The notes below the pieces were generated by a model. The model did not search any database, was not told the origin of the DNA, and saw only the letters and a list, made by a program, of their open reading frames with translations. Of a stretch of 64,000 nt of DNA, positions 49,631 through 59,320 are shown one piece after another. A program made the translations under genes and the position numbers. This DNA is from Bacteroidota bacterium. GTDB taxonomy: Bacteria; Bacteroidota; Bacteroidia; M30B66. Location: contig JAIXUS010000078.1 of the NCBI GenBank assembly GCA_027483445.1, positions 24,792-88,791 of the forward strand. The letters are read 5' to 3'. The number at the start of each line of letters is the position of its first letter. Position 1 is the first letter of the stretch.

Positions 49631-51136
49631 ATGCAAAAGTTGTTCATCCTGCTGCTCATCTTTGGTTTTACAGAACGCGCCGTATCTCAAGTGTTTTGTC
49701 GGGAAATTGATTCCATCGCGGCTTCGCGCAACACTCCATTCCCATTTGGTGTTGCTTCCGGCGATCCTCGCGAAAATTCGGTGGTGTTGTGGACCTGTTT
49801 GTATACCAATGAATCGGGCCCTCAACGTGTGCAATGGGAATTGTCATTAGACTCATCCTTCACCCAATTGACCAACAAAGGCGATAAATCGACTGATATC
49901 AGCCAGGGTTTTGCAGTTAAATTGCAGCTTAGCAACCTCAAGCCGGGTACTACCTATTATTATCGCTTTAGTTGGAAAGGGAAGTATTCGGTTACCGGTC
50001 GCACACGAACAGCCCATAAAAATGCTACGCAGCTCAGGTTTGGCGTGGTGAGTTGCAGCAGTTATTCATGGGGTTATTTCAATGCCTATGCTGCCTTAGC
50101 CAAGGAGAAAGATTTACAGGCGGTGATTCACCTGGGCGATTACATCTACGAACAAGGTGCCGGAGAGTACGCCCATCCAAAGCTTGGACTGAAACATTTG
50201 CCTACACATGAAATTGTGAGCCTTCAGGATTATCGGAGTCGCTATGCGCAATACAGGCTCGACCCTTCGCTTCAGGAGGCGCATCGAATGCATCCATTTA
50301 TTGCGGTTTGGGATGACCATGAGTTGGCCAATGACGCTTACAAAGACGGTGCACAGAACCACCAGCCTGAGACAGAGGGAAGCTGGGAGCAGCGAGCAAA
50401 AACGGCTCGTGAGGCCTATTTTGAATGGATGCCTATTGAATCTAACGAGCAGTATAGCATAAGGAGGAGCTTTGATTTTGGTCAGGTTGCCTCGTTGTTT
50501 ATGCTGGATGGCCGTTTGGAAGGTCGAGATAAACAATTGAAAAACTTCAACGATCCTTCATTGGCCGACACCACCAGGTCGATGCTTGGTCGTGACCAGG
50601 CCAATTGGCTTATTGAATCTGTTTCAGGCTCAAAGTCGAAATGGAAATTGATTGGCAACCAGGTGATTTTTTCAGCGTATGAGTTACCGGTCAAATTCAA
50701 GACCTACCCTAAAAGCACCGACATGTGGAATGGTTATCCCGCGGAGCGGCAAAGAATTTTAAATGCCTGGGAGCGAAATGTGGTGCGCGATGTGCTGGTT
50801 TTAACCGGCGATGTGCATAGTGCCTTCTCTTTTGATTTACGATACCGGCGCAATGAACCCGCCAGTTCGTTTGGTGCGGAGTGGGTCACTACCAGTGTTT
50901 CGTCGTCTAACTTGAACGAATACACCAAAACCTGGAAGGTGCGTATCGCAGAGCGGTGGTTTACGGAGAACGGACTTAATCCTGAGTTGGAATACTGCAA
51001 TCTCAGAGATCACGGGTATTTGGTGGTAAATCTGGATGAGAAGGAAGCCCGTGGTGAATGGAAGTTTATCGAGGTGCATAAGCCGGGTAAAACGAGGGCC
51101 AAGCGTGGCGAACAGCGGAGTGTGAAGGCGAAGTAG
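49631..51136 (+). CDS. phoD: Alkaline phosphatase D family protein
   Basis: FGVASGDP, HLGDYIYE, WDDHELAND, DMWNGY, LTGDVH. Confidence 0.93.
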   Translation: MQKLFILLLIFGFTERAVSQVFCREIDSIAASRNTPFPFGVASGDPRENSVVLWTCLYTNESGPQRVQWELSLDSSFTQLTNKGDKSTDISQGFAVKLQLSNLKPGTTYYYRFSWKGKYSVTGRTRTAHKNATQLRFGVVSCSSYSWGYFNAYAALAKEKDLQAVIHLGDYIYEQGAGEYAHPKLGLKHLPTHEIVSLQDYRSRYAQYRLDPSLQEAHRMHPFIAVWDDHELANDAYKDGAQNHQPETEGSWEQRAKTAREAYFEWMPIESNEQYSIRRSFDFGQVASLFMLDGRLEGRDKQLKNFNDPSLADTTRSMLGRDQANWLIESVSGSKSKWKLIGNQVIFSAYELPVKFKTYPKSTDMWNGYPAERQRILNAWERNVVRDVLVLTGDVHSAFSFDLRYRRNEPASSFGAEWVTTSVSSSNLNEYTKTWKVRIAERWFTENGLNPELEYCNLRDHGYLVVNLDEKEARGEWKFIEVHKPGKTRAKRGEQRSVKAK

Positions 51137-51231
51137 GGTAGATGCTGAGTTCCGGGTGGACCCCAAAAATCGGGGCCGGCCGCGAGCCTCCCTCCATTGC
51201 AAAATTACAACACAAACCTCCCAGCAGTCGG

Positions 51232-51269
51232 TATTTAAACATTTATAAACGTGTATAAACGTTTAAATA
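51232..51269. promoter_or_regulatory. 38-bp AT-rich near-perfect palindrome
   Basis: TATTTAAACATTTATAAACGTGTATAAACGTTTAAATA; 17 of 19 pairs complementary. Confidence 0.5.
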
Positions 51270-51638
51270 GTGAGGGTTTTTAAGAGGTTCATTTTTATTG
51301 GGATTTGGTTAATTTGGTGGTTTTGACAACTATTTGAATTTGAAAGCGATCTTTGTTGGAATAGGGCGGAATTTGGGTAAACCTCTGACAATCAGATTAA
51401 CGCAAAAGCAGATTCAGAGCTAGTTTTGAAAATCTTCGAAATTGCAGGCTTGAAAGGCTTTTTGGGGTTGACAAACTGCGACTTCGCATCCTTGCCGGAA
51501 AATCATCACACCGTAAATGACAAAACGCACTGGCTGTGGACTTTCTTCATATCACATGATTAACCGATGATCTCGGATTGCGAATTGTTATTCCTGTTTT
51601 TCGCAGGCTTATTCAAATGCACGCAGACGAAGTACTTG

Positions 51639-51880
51639 AGGCTTGCTGTAAAATTCAGAAATGCGGCAGTTGCAAGGCGAAAAGGCGAGGCTGTATATTG
51701 AATATTGCGAGCTGCGGGCAAAGAAGCAGAGGCTGCATTTCTGGCCAACGAAAAATTGAGTCTAATGAATTCAAGAATGTATGGATTTTCGAAAGCTGAT
51801 CAAATACAGGTCTAAAGCCTCATCCAAACAGGACCGAAAGTGCTGTTAATAAAACTATTGAGTGTTTTCAGTAGGCCCTA
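51639..51880 (-). mobile_element. MITE-like element copy C (most complete, 242 bp)
   Basis: Reverse complement begins TAGGGCCTACTGAAAACACTCAATAG and ends TTTTACAGCAAGCCT; contains the internal CAGAAATGC...GCATTTCTG inverted repeat. Confidence 0.8.
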
Positions 51881-52018
51881 GCGGGTTGATTACTGCATAA
51901 ACAAAGTTGAAAGTAGGACATGAGCTGCAACGCCATGGTTGAAACTGACTAGGTCGCACCCTCAAGATAATTGTAAATGCAATTGCGATTTATCAATTGA
52001 ATCTGATAGATTTGTCGC

Positions 52019-52315
52019 ATGACACAATTCTTTGTCGATTTCGATTTACCCGAAACCTTCAGCAGCGAGTTTGTTCGGCTCATACCGGCTCAACGCCGGA
52101 AGGTGAACGAGTTGCTGAACGATGGTGTCATTCTCTCCTATGCCTTGTCGGCCGATAGAACCAAGGTTTGGGCAACCATCAATGCACGTAATGGGCAAGA
52201 AGTGGATGCCATACTCGAACAACTGCCATTGTCGCCATACATGGTTGCAACCATTCATTTGTTGGAGTTCTACAATGCAACGGGGAACGGTCTTCCCGCC
52301 ATTTCGCTGAATTGA
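52019..52315 (+). CDS. Muconolactone delta-isomerase-like (YciI/MIase fold) protein
   Basis: QRRKVNELLNDGVILSYALSADR...LEQLPLSPYM pattern. Confidence 0.65.
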   Translation: MTQFFVDFDLPETFSSEFVRLIPAQRRKVNELLNDGVILSYALSADRTKVWATINARNGQEVDAILEQLPLSPYMVATIHLLEFYNATGNGLPAISLN

Positions 52316-52488
52316 TTGCGAGTGCTTCCAACATAAATTAGCAGCTTGTTTTTTGTGGATGACCCTTCGCCAGTGAAGTGAAAGTCATGGTTTAATGCAG
52401 GTTAGTGGATGCCGTAAAATGCTCATTGACGAAATTCAATGAACTCCTTCGTTGTTAATCAATTTTATGCATCTTTAGCCATTGATTC

Positions 52489-52920
52489 ATGTACGATATG
52501 CGCTTTGTTTCTTCCATTTTATTGATGCTCTTCCTTCTGGCCTGTTCCAATAAATCGAACGAGGAGTTGCTGGTTGGCGAATGGAAGATGGAAGGCTTCG
52601 ACTTAAGTAAGGCCGATACCAGTGTTGGAGAACGCCAGCGTGAGGTTATGGAGAGCTTTAACAATAAAGATGGCGGATTGGTACTCAAGTTTGCGGCCGA
52701 TAAATCATTGCAAACAGTAATTGATGCCAATGGAAGAAAGTTCGACATGCGTGGAACATATTCGCTGGCCGATGAAGGCAATACTCTCGTTGTGCAAATG
52801 GAGGAAGACCAAATCGAGGTAGACGAGGAGCGAAGTAGTATTGTTTTTCTTACCAGCGACACCTTGAAGCTCCAAGTAGAACAAGGTGTTATCATTGTGT
52901 ATTCGAAAAATCCAGGCTGA
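52489..52920 (+). CDS. Lipocalin-like domain lipoprotein
   Basis: Lipobox FLLA-C; LLVGEWK; GTYSL; LTSDTLKL. Confidence 0.7.
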   Translation: MYDMRFVSSILLMLFLLACSNKSNEELLVGEWKMEGFDLSKADTSVGERQREVMESFNNKDGGLVLKFAADKSLQTVIDANGRKFDMRGTYSLADEGNTLVVQMEEDQIEVDEERSSIVFLTSDTLKLQVEQGVIIVYSKNPG

Positions 52921-53030
52921 TTCTATTAGCGTTTTTGGCGAAAAACATACCCTCCAACGCAGTAATCGAGTGCGGACTTTACAGCATGTTGGCTCGATAA
53001 ACTTTTACTGTATATCAATTTATTCCTTGT

Positions 53031-54023
53031 ATGCTGCAGATACGACTTCTTGGATTAATGCTCGTTATTGCAACTACAGGTACTCTGGCACAGGTAAACC
53101 CATTAGGATTGTTTGTTGACGTTGATGGCAAGGTGAAATTTTGGGAATCTGAGCCCAATTACAATGGTCAAGTTGATGACACCGTGTATATCACCACGAA
53201 TAAGGAGCGGAATATCGAGGACCTCAGAAATTTACGATACAATTATTTAACCTTCGTGGAAGCGCCCGGCGATGAATGGATTATTCCTTCTAATCTAGAT
53301 CCAAGTAAGCTAAACGATACGTTACAAACCGCATTAGATGCTACACAATATGGGCTCGGTGTGCATTCGCTTGGTTATGATCATTTTACCAATACATTTT
53401 TCATTCAACAATCACCAAATATCACCAGTGATTCTGGCATTCAGGATATTCCTAAAGCTAACTATGAAGATGAATCCCGAGGCGCCAACCTAAACGATTC
53501 ATTGCTTCGGTTGGTGCAACAAAAATTAATTCTCTATAAAAATCGCAATTGCGAAAAGCCTTTAGACTCACAGGAACTAGAGCTCCTTCAAAAGGAAATT
53601 TCAAGCTGCGATACGGTAATTGATGGAAAAGCAGTTTTTGATTATTTGGTCGATTTGTTCATCGACTACACCTACGATACTCGCAATCGATTAACGCAAG
53701 TCATCGGCTATCACTGGAGCCATCCTTTAGAAATAGACACATTTATTTACGACCAGGCCGGAAACATAAGCTATTTTTCCCGAGAACAAATCGGAATTAG
53801 GCGCACCGAAATTTCGTTTAAGTATGACACTTCTTCTAAAGTAGTTTTCGTCGCTGAACATTATTGCCACATTGATTCTGACCCGAATTCAGAAATTAAG
53901 TACTCTTCGAATACCTATTTCTCTTATAACAGTAAAGGTGTGATGGATTCAAAAACGGTAATTCAAGATGGAAACCACCTTCACTTTCGTTTTGAATTGA
54001 AGGAGGGCTTGCTGAAACAGTAA
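53031..54023 (+). CDS. Hypothetical secreted protein with YD/RHS-like C-terminal repeats
   Basis: Signal peptide; YTYDTRNRL, FIYDQAGNI, FKYDTSSK, FSYNSKG repeats; AT-rich. Confidence 0.55.
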   Translation: MLQIRLLGLMLVIATTGTLAQVNPLGLFVDVDGKVKFWESEPNYNGQVDDTVYITTNKERNIEDLRNLRYNYLTFVEAPGDEWIIPSNLDPSKLNDTLQTALDATQYGLGVHSLGYDHFTNTFFIQQSPNITSDSGIQDIPKANYEDESRGANLNDSLLRLVQQKLILYKNRNCEKPLDSQELELLQKEISSCDTVIDGKAVFDYLVDLFIDYTYDTRNRLTQVIGYHWSHPLEIDTFIYDQAGNISYFSREQIGIRRTEISFKYDTSSKVVFVAEHYCHIDSDPNSEIKYSSNTYFSYNSKGVMDSKTVIQDGNHLHFRFELKEGLLKQ

Positions 54024-54140
54024 AAACACCATCAAAATCTTTCCACAAAGCTGACGGTAAATGCCCATCACCAGGTTTTTTCAAACATGAATTAAAGCAC
54101 TGTTTATAAGAGTGTTGAGTGTTTTCAAGTAAACCCTTAG
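54004..54140 (-). mobile_element. Short MITE-like element copy D (about 135 bp) overlapping the 3' end of the upstream gene
   Basis: Ends AGGGCTTGCTGAAA and TTTTCAAGTAAACCCT(TAG); 54091-54137 matches the left end of copies B and C. Confidence 0.6.
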
Positions 54141-54189
54141 AACTGGTTGGTTTACTATTCCTACCTTTCGGCCACCAAAATCAAACAAC

Positions 54190-57100
54190 ATGAGAGTGCA
54201 TTTTGCCTTGCTCGGACTCGCTTCGCTGTTGGGTCTATCTACAGTTTTTGCCCAAAAAAAGAAAGATGAAGCAGCACCAAAACCATGGGACGTCAATGCA
54301 CCCGGAGCACCCGCCAAAAGTGTTTCGTTTACCGTCGACGAAGGAACATGGATGAACTTGGATGTTAGTCCCGACGGAAAACAAATCGTATTCGACCTTT
54401 TGGGCGACATCTACATTATGCCCTCCGAAGGCGGAAATGCCCGCTGCTTAAGGTCGGGATACGCTTTTGAAGTTCAACCGCGGTTTTCACCCGATGGTAA
54501 ATACATCTCCTTCACCTCCGATGCCGGTGGTGCCGACAATATTTGGGTGATGGATGCCGCTGGAAATGGCGCTAAAGCCATCACCAACGAAGATTATCGA
54601 CTGCTTAACAATGCCGAATGGTCTGCCGATGGACAATACCTCATCGCCCGGAAACACTTCACCAATACCCGATCAGCCGGTGCAGGAGAACTCTGGATGT
54701 ATCACCTCAGCGGAGGTTCCGGATTGCAACTGGTGCAAAAGAAAAACGATCAACAAGACATCGGCGAACCCTGTATTTCAAACAATGGTAGATATGTTTA
54801 CTATTCTGAAGATATGTACCCGGGAGGCTACTTCCAGTATAACAAAGACCCCAACTCGCTGATTTATGCCATCCGCCGGCTTGACCGGCAAACCGGAAAA
54901 ATACGCACCGAAGTGCAAGGACCTGGTGGAGCTTGCCGGCCTGTTCTGTCGAACGACAACCGCAGCCTGGCTTTTGTGAGAAGAGTGCGTGATAAATCGG
55001 TGCTTTTTGTGCGCGACCTTGGCAGTGGCCGCGAACGCCCCATTTACACCGAGCTGAGCAAAGACCAGCAAGAGGCCTGGGCCTTATTTGGGGTGTATAC
55101 CAACTTTAGCTTTAGTCCCGACGACCGCCACATTTATATCTGGGCACAGGGTAAAATCAGGAAAATTGAGGTGCAAAGCGGTCAAATGTCGGTAATCCCA
55201 TTTACCCTCACGGCCAACCACAATATTACGGAAGCGCTTCGTTTTCAGCAGGAAACGGCGCCCGACAGTTTTACCGTAAATACCATCCGCAATGCGGCCA
55301 CAAGTCCTAACGGCCGCCGACTCGTGTTTAACGCCGTGGGCCAGTTGTGGATGAAGATTTTACCCAACGGGCACGTTACCCGACTTACGAAGAATGCGGA
55401 GTTTGAATTTGAGCCCTGCTGGTCGGCCAACAACGAACGGATTGCCTACGTAAGCTGGTCTGATACCGCGATGGGAGCTGTAAAGCTGCTCGATCCGGCA
55501 ACGGGGAAAACCGATGTTATCACCAACGAAAAAGGCATTTACCGAACTCCGTCACTTTCGCCCGACGGCCGCTATTTGGTGTATGTGAAGGAAGAAGGGA
55601 ACGACCATCAGGGCTTTGCCCACTGCATAAACCCTGGAATTTATCTCTACGACTTTTCTTCCAAAACGTACACGCTGCTCGATGTGGAAGGCGAGTATCC
55701 ACGCTTTTCGGCCGATAGCAAACGGATTTTCTTTCAAACCGGCGGCTACCTTTTTGGAGCCCTTGAGAAAGCATTTAAAAGCTGCGATTTAACCGGCAAT
55801 CAGGTAATTACTCATTACACATCAAAGTATGCCAATAGCTATTCGCTGAGCCCCGACAACCGATACCTTGCATTTACCGAGCTTTTTAAAGTATATGTTA
55901 CACCTTTTATTCAAACAGGTAAGGCCATCGACCTGAGCAACAGTACTTCTGCATATCCGGTTAAACTGCTTTCAACCGAAGCCGGCATCAGCCTACATTG
56001 GTCAGATACTACCCAACTTCACTGGACCTTGGGTGAGGAATATTTCAGCACAAATGTGGATGGCTTTTTCCTGAAAGACAAAGAGCAGGAGTCCAAGTTC
56101 AAGCCCGTTTCGGAAGGTGCTTCCATTGGTTTAAAGTTGGCCCACGACAAGCCCAAGGGAGTTTTTGCGTATACCAATGCCCGAATCATCACCATGAAGG
56201 GCGACGAAGTAATTGAAAGTGGAACCATTGTGGTACGCGATAATCGCATCGAAGCCGTGGGTTCGGCCGAAAAGGTGAGCCTTCCCGAAGGGGCAAAAAT
56301 TGTGGATTGCAGCGGGAAAACGATCATGCCCGGCTTGGTCGATGTGCACGCTCACCTGGGCACCTTCCGCCATGGATTAAGTCCGCAGCAACAGTGGTCG
56401 TACTACGCCAACCTCGCTTTTGGCGTTACCACTACCCACGACCCCTCGTCGAATACTGAAATGGTTTTTTCGCAGAGCGAGATGGTAAAATCAGGGCAGA
56501 TGGTTGGTCCACGCATTTTCTCCACCGGTATCATTCTTTATGGTGCGGATGGCGATTTCAGGGCACAAATCAACAACCTCGACGATGCCCGTTTTGCCTT
56601 GCGCCGCACCCGTGCTTTCGGGGCTTTTAGCGTGAAAAGCTATAACCAGCCACGCCGTAATCAACGCCAGCAAGTAATTGCTGCTGCCCGAGAGCTGAAG
56701 ATGAATGTGGTGCCTGAGGGCGGCTCTCATTTTTTGCACAACCTTTCGATGATTCTCGACGGCCACACCGGCATTGAGCACAATCTTCCGGTGCACGATC
56801 TATACAGCGATGTGGTCAAACTTTGGGGCGCCTCAAAAACAGGTTACACACCCACTTTAATCGTGAATTATGGCTCAATAAACGGTGAGTATTATTACTA
56901 CCAGAACGAGAAAGTGTGGGAAAACCAGCGTTTGCTGAACTTCACACCCCGTGCATTAGTCGATCCGCGGGCACGTCATCGCACCATGGTGCCCGACGAC
57001 GAATACCGAAATGGTCACATGCATGTGGCCCGAAGCATTAAAAAACTCAACGATGCCGGCGTGAAGGTGAATCTGGGTGCACACGGTCAAATTCAAGGTT

Positions 57101-57471
57101 TGGGTGCGCATTGGGAGTTAAAAATGCTCGCCTCCGGCGGGATGACAAATCTCGAAGCCTTGCGCTGCGCCACACTGAATGGAGCGCATTACATTGGTAT
57201 GGAAAACCACATTGGCTCGCTCGAAATAGGCAAACTGGCCGATTTTATTGTGCTTGACGAAAATCCGCTAACCAACCTCGACAACATTGGAACCATCAAG
57301 TATACTGTTGCCAATGGACGGCTTTTCGAGGCCATGAGCATGCAGGAACTCATCACAGGAAATAGAAAGCGAATGCCTTTTTATTTCGAGCAAGAGTTTG
57401 GAAACAACGACTTCCACTTTCACGAAGAAACCGGCTGTTTTCAAGGTCATACCTGTGGTTGTCGTAAATAA
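54190..57471 (+). CDS. Amidohydrolase family protein with N-terminal PD40/TolB-like beta-propeller
   Basis: Repeated VSPDG/FSPDG blades; PGLVDVHAH, TTTHDP, GAHGQ, GKLADFIVLDENPL. Confidence 0.9.
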   Translation: MRVHFALLGLASLLGLSTVFAQKKKDEAAPKPWDVNAPGAPAKSVSFTVDEGTWMNLDVSPDGKQIVFDLLGDIYIMPSEGGNARCLRSGYAFEVQPRFSPDGKYISFTSDAGGADNIWVMDAAGNGAKAITNEDYRLLNNAEWSADGQYLIARKHFTNTRSAGAGELWMYHLSGGSGLQLVQKKNDQQDIGEPCISNNGRYVYYSEDMYPGGYFQYNKDPNSLIYAIRRLDRQTGKIRTEVQGPGGACRPVLSNDNRSLAFVRRVRDKSVLFVRDLGSGRERPIYTELSKDQQEAWALFGVYTNFSFSPDDRHIYIWAQGKIRKIEVQSGQMSVIPFTLTANHNITEALRFQQETAPDSFTVNTIRNAATSPNGRRLVFNAVGQLWMKILPNGHVTRLTKNAEFEFEPCWSANNERIAYVSWSDTAMGAVKLLDPATGKTDVITNEKGIYRTPSLSPDGRYLVYVKEEGNDHQGFAHCINPGIYLYDFSSKTYTLLDVEGEYPRFSADSKRIFFQTGGYLFGALEKAFKSCDLTGNQVITHYTSKYANSYSLSPDNRYLAFTELFKVYVTPFIQTGKAIDLSNSTSAYPVKLLSTEAGISLHWSDTTQLHWTLGEEYFSTNVDGFFLKDKEQESKFKPVSEGASIGLKLAHDKPKGVFAYTNARIITMKGDEVIESGTIVVRDNRIEAVGSAEKVSLPEGAKIVDCSGKTIMPGLVDVHAHLGTFRHGLSPQQQWSYYANLAFGVTTTHDPSSNTEMVFSQSEMVKSGQMVGPRIFSTGIILYGADGDFRAQINNLDDARFALRRTRAFGAFSVKSYNQPRRNQRQQVIAAARELKMNVVPEGGSHFLHNLSMILDGHTGIEHNLPVHDLYSDVVKLWGASKTGYTPTLIVNYGSINGEYYYYQNEKVWENQRLLNFTPRALVDPRARHRTMVPDDEYRNGHMHVARSIKKLNDAGVKVNLGAHGQIQGLGAHWELKMLASGGMTNLEALRCATLNGAHYIGMENHIGSLEIGKLADFIVLDENPLTNLDNIGTIKYTVANGRLFEAMSMQELITGNRKRMPFYFEQEFGNNDFHFHEETGCFQGHTCGCRK

Positions 57472-57519
57472 AAATTTGGATGACCATCATCGCTGCTGAA
57501 GACTAAACCCAAACCCTAA

Positions 57520-57762
57520 ATGGAAGAACCAATTGTTTGTCCCGAATGCCGTTCGCCATATGGATACAACACCGGCAGCAGTTTTATGTGTCCGGAATGC
57601 GGTCACGAATGGCTGGAAAACGCAACAACTGACATTGAAACGGGCTTAATGGTTGTAGATGCCAATGGCACCCGATTGCTCGACGGCGATCATAACATCG
57701 ACTGCCGCATAGATGGGTTTGGGCAGATGGCTTTGAAGTCGGAATTTGTTCGCAAAGCCTAA
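57520..57762 (+). CDS. phnA: PhnA/YjdM zinc-ribbon protein with an internal in-frame deletion
   Basis: CPEC..Y.Y...CPECGHEW, VDANG, DGDHNIDCRIDGFGQMALKSEFVRKA; only 80 aa. Confidence 0.8.
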   Translation: MEEPIVCPECRSPYGYNTGSSFMCPECGHEWLENATTDIETGLMVVDANGTRLLDGDHNIDCRIDGFGQMALKSEFVRKA

Positions 57763-57836
57763 TCGTTTCGGCCACGATGATTTTTCTCCTACTTTTGGCA
57801 ATTCCTCAACCTATGCCTCGTTAACCTAAGCGAATT

Positions 57837-58379
57837 ATGTCGGAACCTATAGAACGCAAAACTACCCTCCAGGCCGCAGCCCGTTATGGATTGTACACCG
57901 GACTGATGCTGGTGTTTATTCAAACCATTCAATACTTAGCCGGACTTTACGTGTCCTTTTTCTTCTCCATCATCACAGGCTCGCTGTTTATTGTGGCTCT
58001 CGTGCTGAGCATCCGAAATTACCGCGACAAAGAGCTGAATGGATGGATGAACTATGGCGAAGGTGTTAGTTTGGGAACCCTGATTTCCATTGCTTCTGGA
58101 CTGATTTACGGAGCTTTCATGTTGTTGCTCGTTATGGTTATCGACAAAACCTATTTTGATGAGCTCATCATCCAAACCCAGGAAATGATGGAGGCTTCAA
58201 AGGTGCCCGACGATGTGGTTGAAAAAACCATTGATCAGATGCAGGAAAATTCTTCACCTTGGCAGTTTGCCTACGGGCCTATCGTTCAATATGGTGTTTC
58301 TGGATTAATCGTTAGTTTAATTGTTGCGATTTTCTTCCGGAAATCACCCGAAAACTCCTTCGAAAAAGATACGCTGTAA
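57837..58379 (+). CDS. DUF4199 family membrane protein
   Basis: YRDKELNGWMNYGEGVSLG; four TM helices. Confidence 0.8.
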   Translation: MSEPIERKTTLQAAARYGLYTGLMLVFIQTIQYLAGLYVSFFFSIITGSLFIVALVLSIRNYRDKELNGWMNYGEGVSLGTLISIASGLIYGAFMLLLVMVIDKTYFDELIIQTQEMMEASKVPDDVVEKTIDQMQENSSPWQFAYGPIVQYGVSGLIVSLIVAIFFRKSPENSFEKDTL

Positions 58380-59320
58380 TGCCCGATATCTCGATTGTAA
58401 TTCCTCTCTACAACGAGGAAGAGTCGCTACCCGAATTGTCGGCATGGATCGACAAGGTGATGCAACAGCATGGCTTCAGTTATGAAGTGCTTTTTGTTGA
58501 TGACGGTAGCACCGACAGCAGCTGGTCGGTCATCCAAACACTGAGCGCCCAAAACAACAAACTCAAAGGCATTCGTTTTCGACGGAACTACGGTAAATCG
58601 GGGGCTCTCAATACCGGTTTTGCAGCTGCCGAAGGCGATGTGGTCATCACCATGGATGCCGACCTGCAAGACAGTCCCGACGAGATTCCCGAGCTCTACC
58701 GCCTCATTCAGGAAGAAAAATTCGACCTTATTTCAGGTTGGAAGCAAAAGCGCTACGACCCAATCACCAAGACGCTTCCAACCAAGCTGTTTAACTGGGC
58801 CGCCCGTCGCATGAGCGGAATTTATCTGCACGACTTCAACTGCGGTTTGAAAGCCTACAAACATGAGGTTGTCAAAAACATCGAGGTTTACGGCGAGATG
58901 CATCGTTATATTCCCGTGCTTGCTAAGTGGGCGGGTTTCAAGAAGATAGGGGAGAAGGTGGTTCAGCATCGCGCCCGAAAATACGGTACCACCAAGTTTG
59001 GCTGGGAGCGCTTCATCAATGGCTTCCTCGATTTGCTCAGTATTACATTCGTTTCGCGCTTTGGAAAACGCCCAATGCACCTTTTCGGGTTACTCGGAAC
59101 GCTGAGTTTTTTCATCGGTTTTGTTATTGCGGGCTATCTCACCTTCGCCAAGTTTGTGTATCAGGCGTACCGAATGACCGACCGACCGGTGTTTTATTTC
59201 GGGTTGTTTTTCATGGTCATCGGCACTCAGCTCTTCCTGGCGGGGTTTCTCGGAGAGCTCATCGCCCGCAATGGGCACGATCGAAATCAATATCAGGTTC
59301 GCGAACGTATCGGCTGCTGA
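58379..59320 (+). CDS. Glycosyltransferase family 2 (ArnC/polyprenol-phosphate glycosyltransferase-like)
   Basis: VIPLYNEE, VDDGSTD, RRNYGKS, MDADLQD, HDFNCGLKAY; two C-terminal TM helices. Confidence 0.9.
   Translation: MPDISIVIPLYNEEESLPELSAWIDKVMQQHGFSYEVLFVDDGSTDSSWSVIQTLSAQNNKLKGIRFRRNYGKSGALNTGFAAAEGDVVITMDADLQDSPDEIPELYRLIQEEKFDLISGWKQKRYDPITKTLPTKLFNWAARRMSGIYLHDFNCGLKAYKHEVVKNIEVYGEMHRYIPVLAKWAGFKKIGEKVVQHRARKYGTTKFGWERFINGFLDLLSITFVSRFGKRPMHLFGLLGTLSFFIGFVIAGYLTFAKFVYQAYRMTDRPVFYFGLFFMVIGTQLFLAGFLGELIARNGHDRNQYQVRERIGC

Noticed and set aside
58927-59319. 5' extension making the esterase ORF 444 aa (likewise the extensions at 4593, 5516, 9488, 20851, 30519, 40405)
   Set aside because: They overlap neighbouring genes or promoters; downstream ATGs give stop-start overlaps or clean signal peptides.
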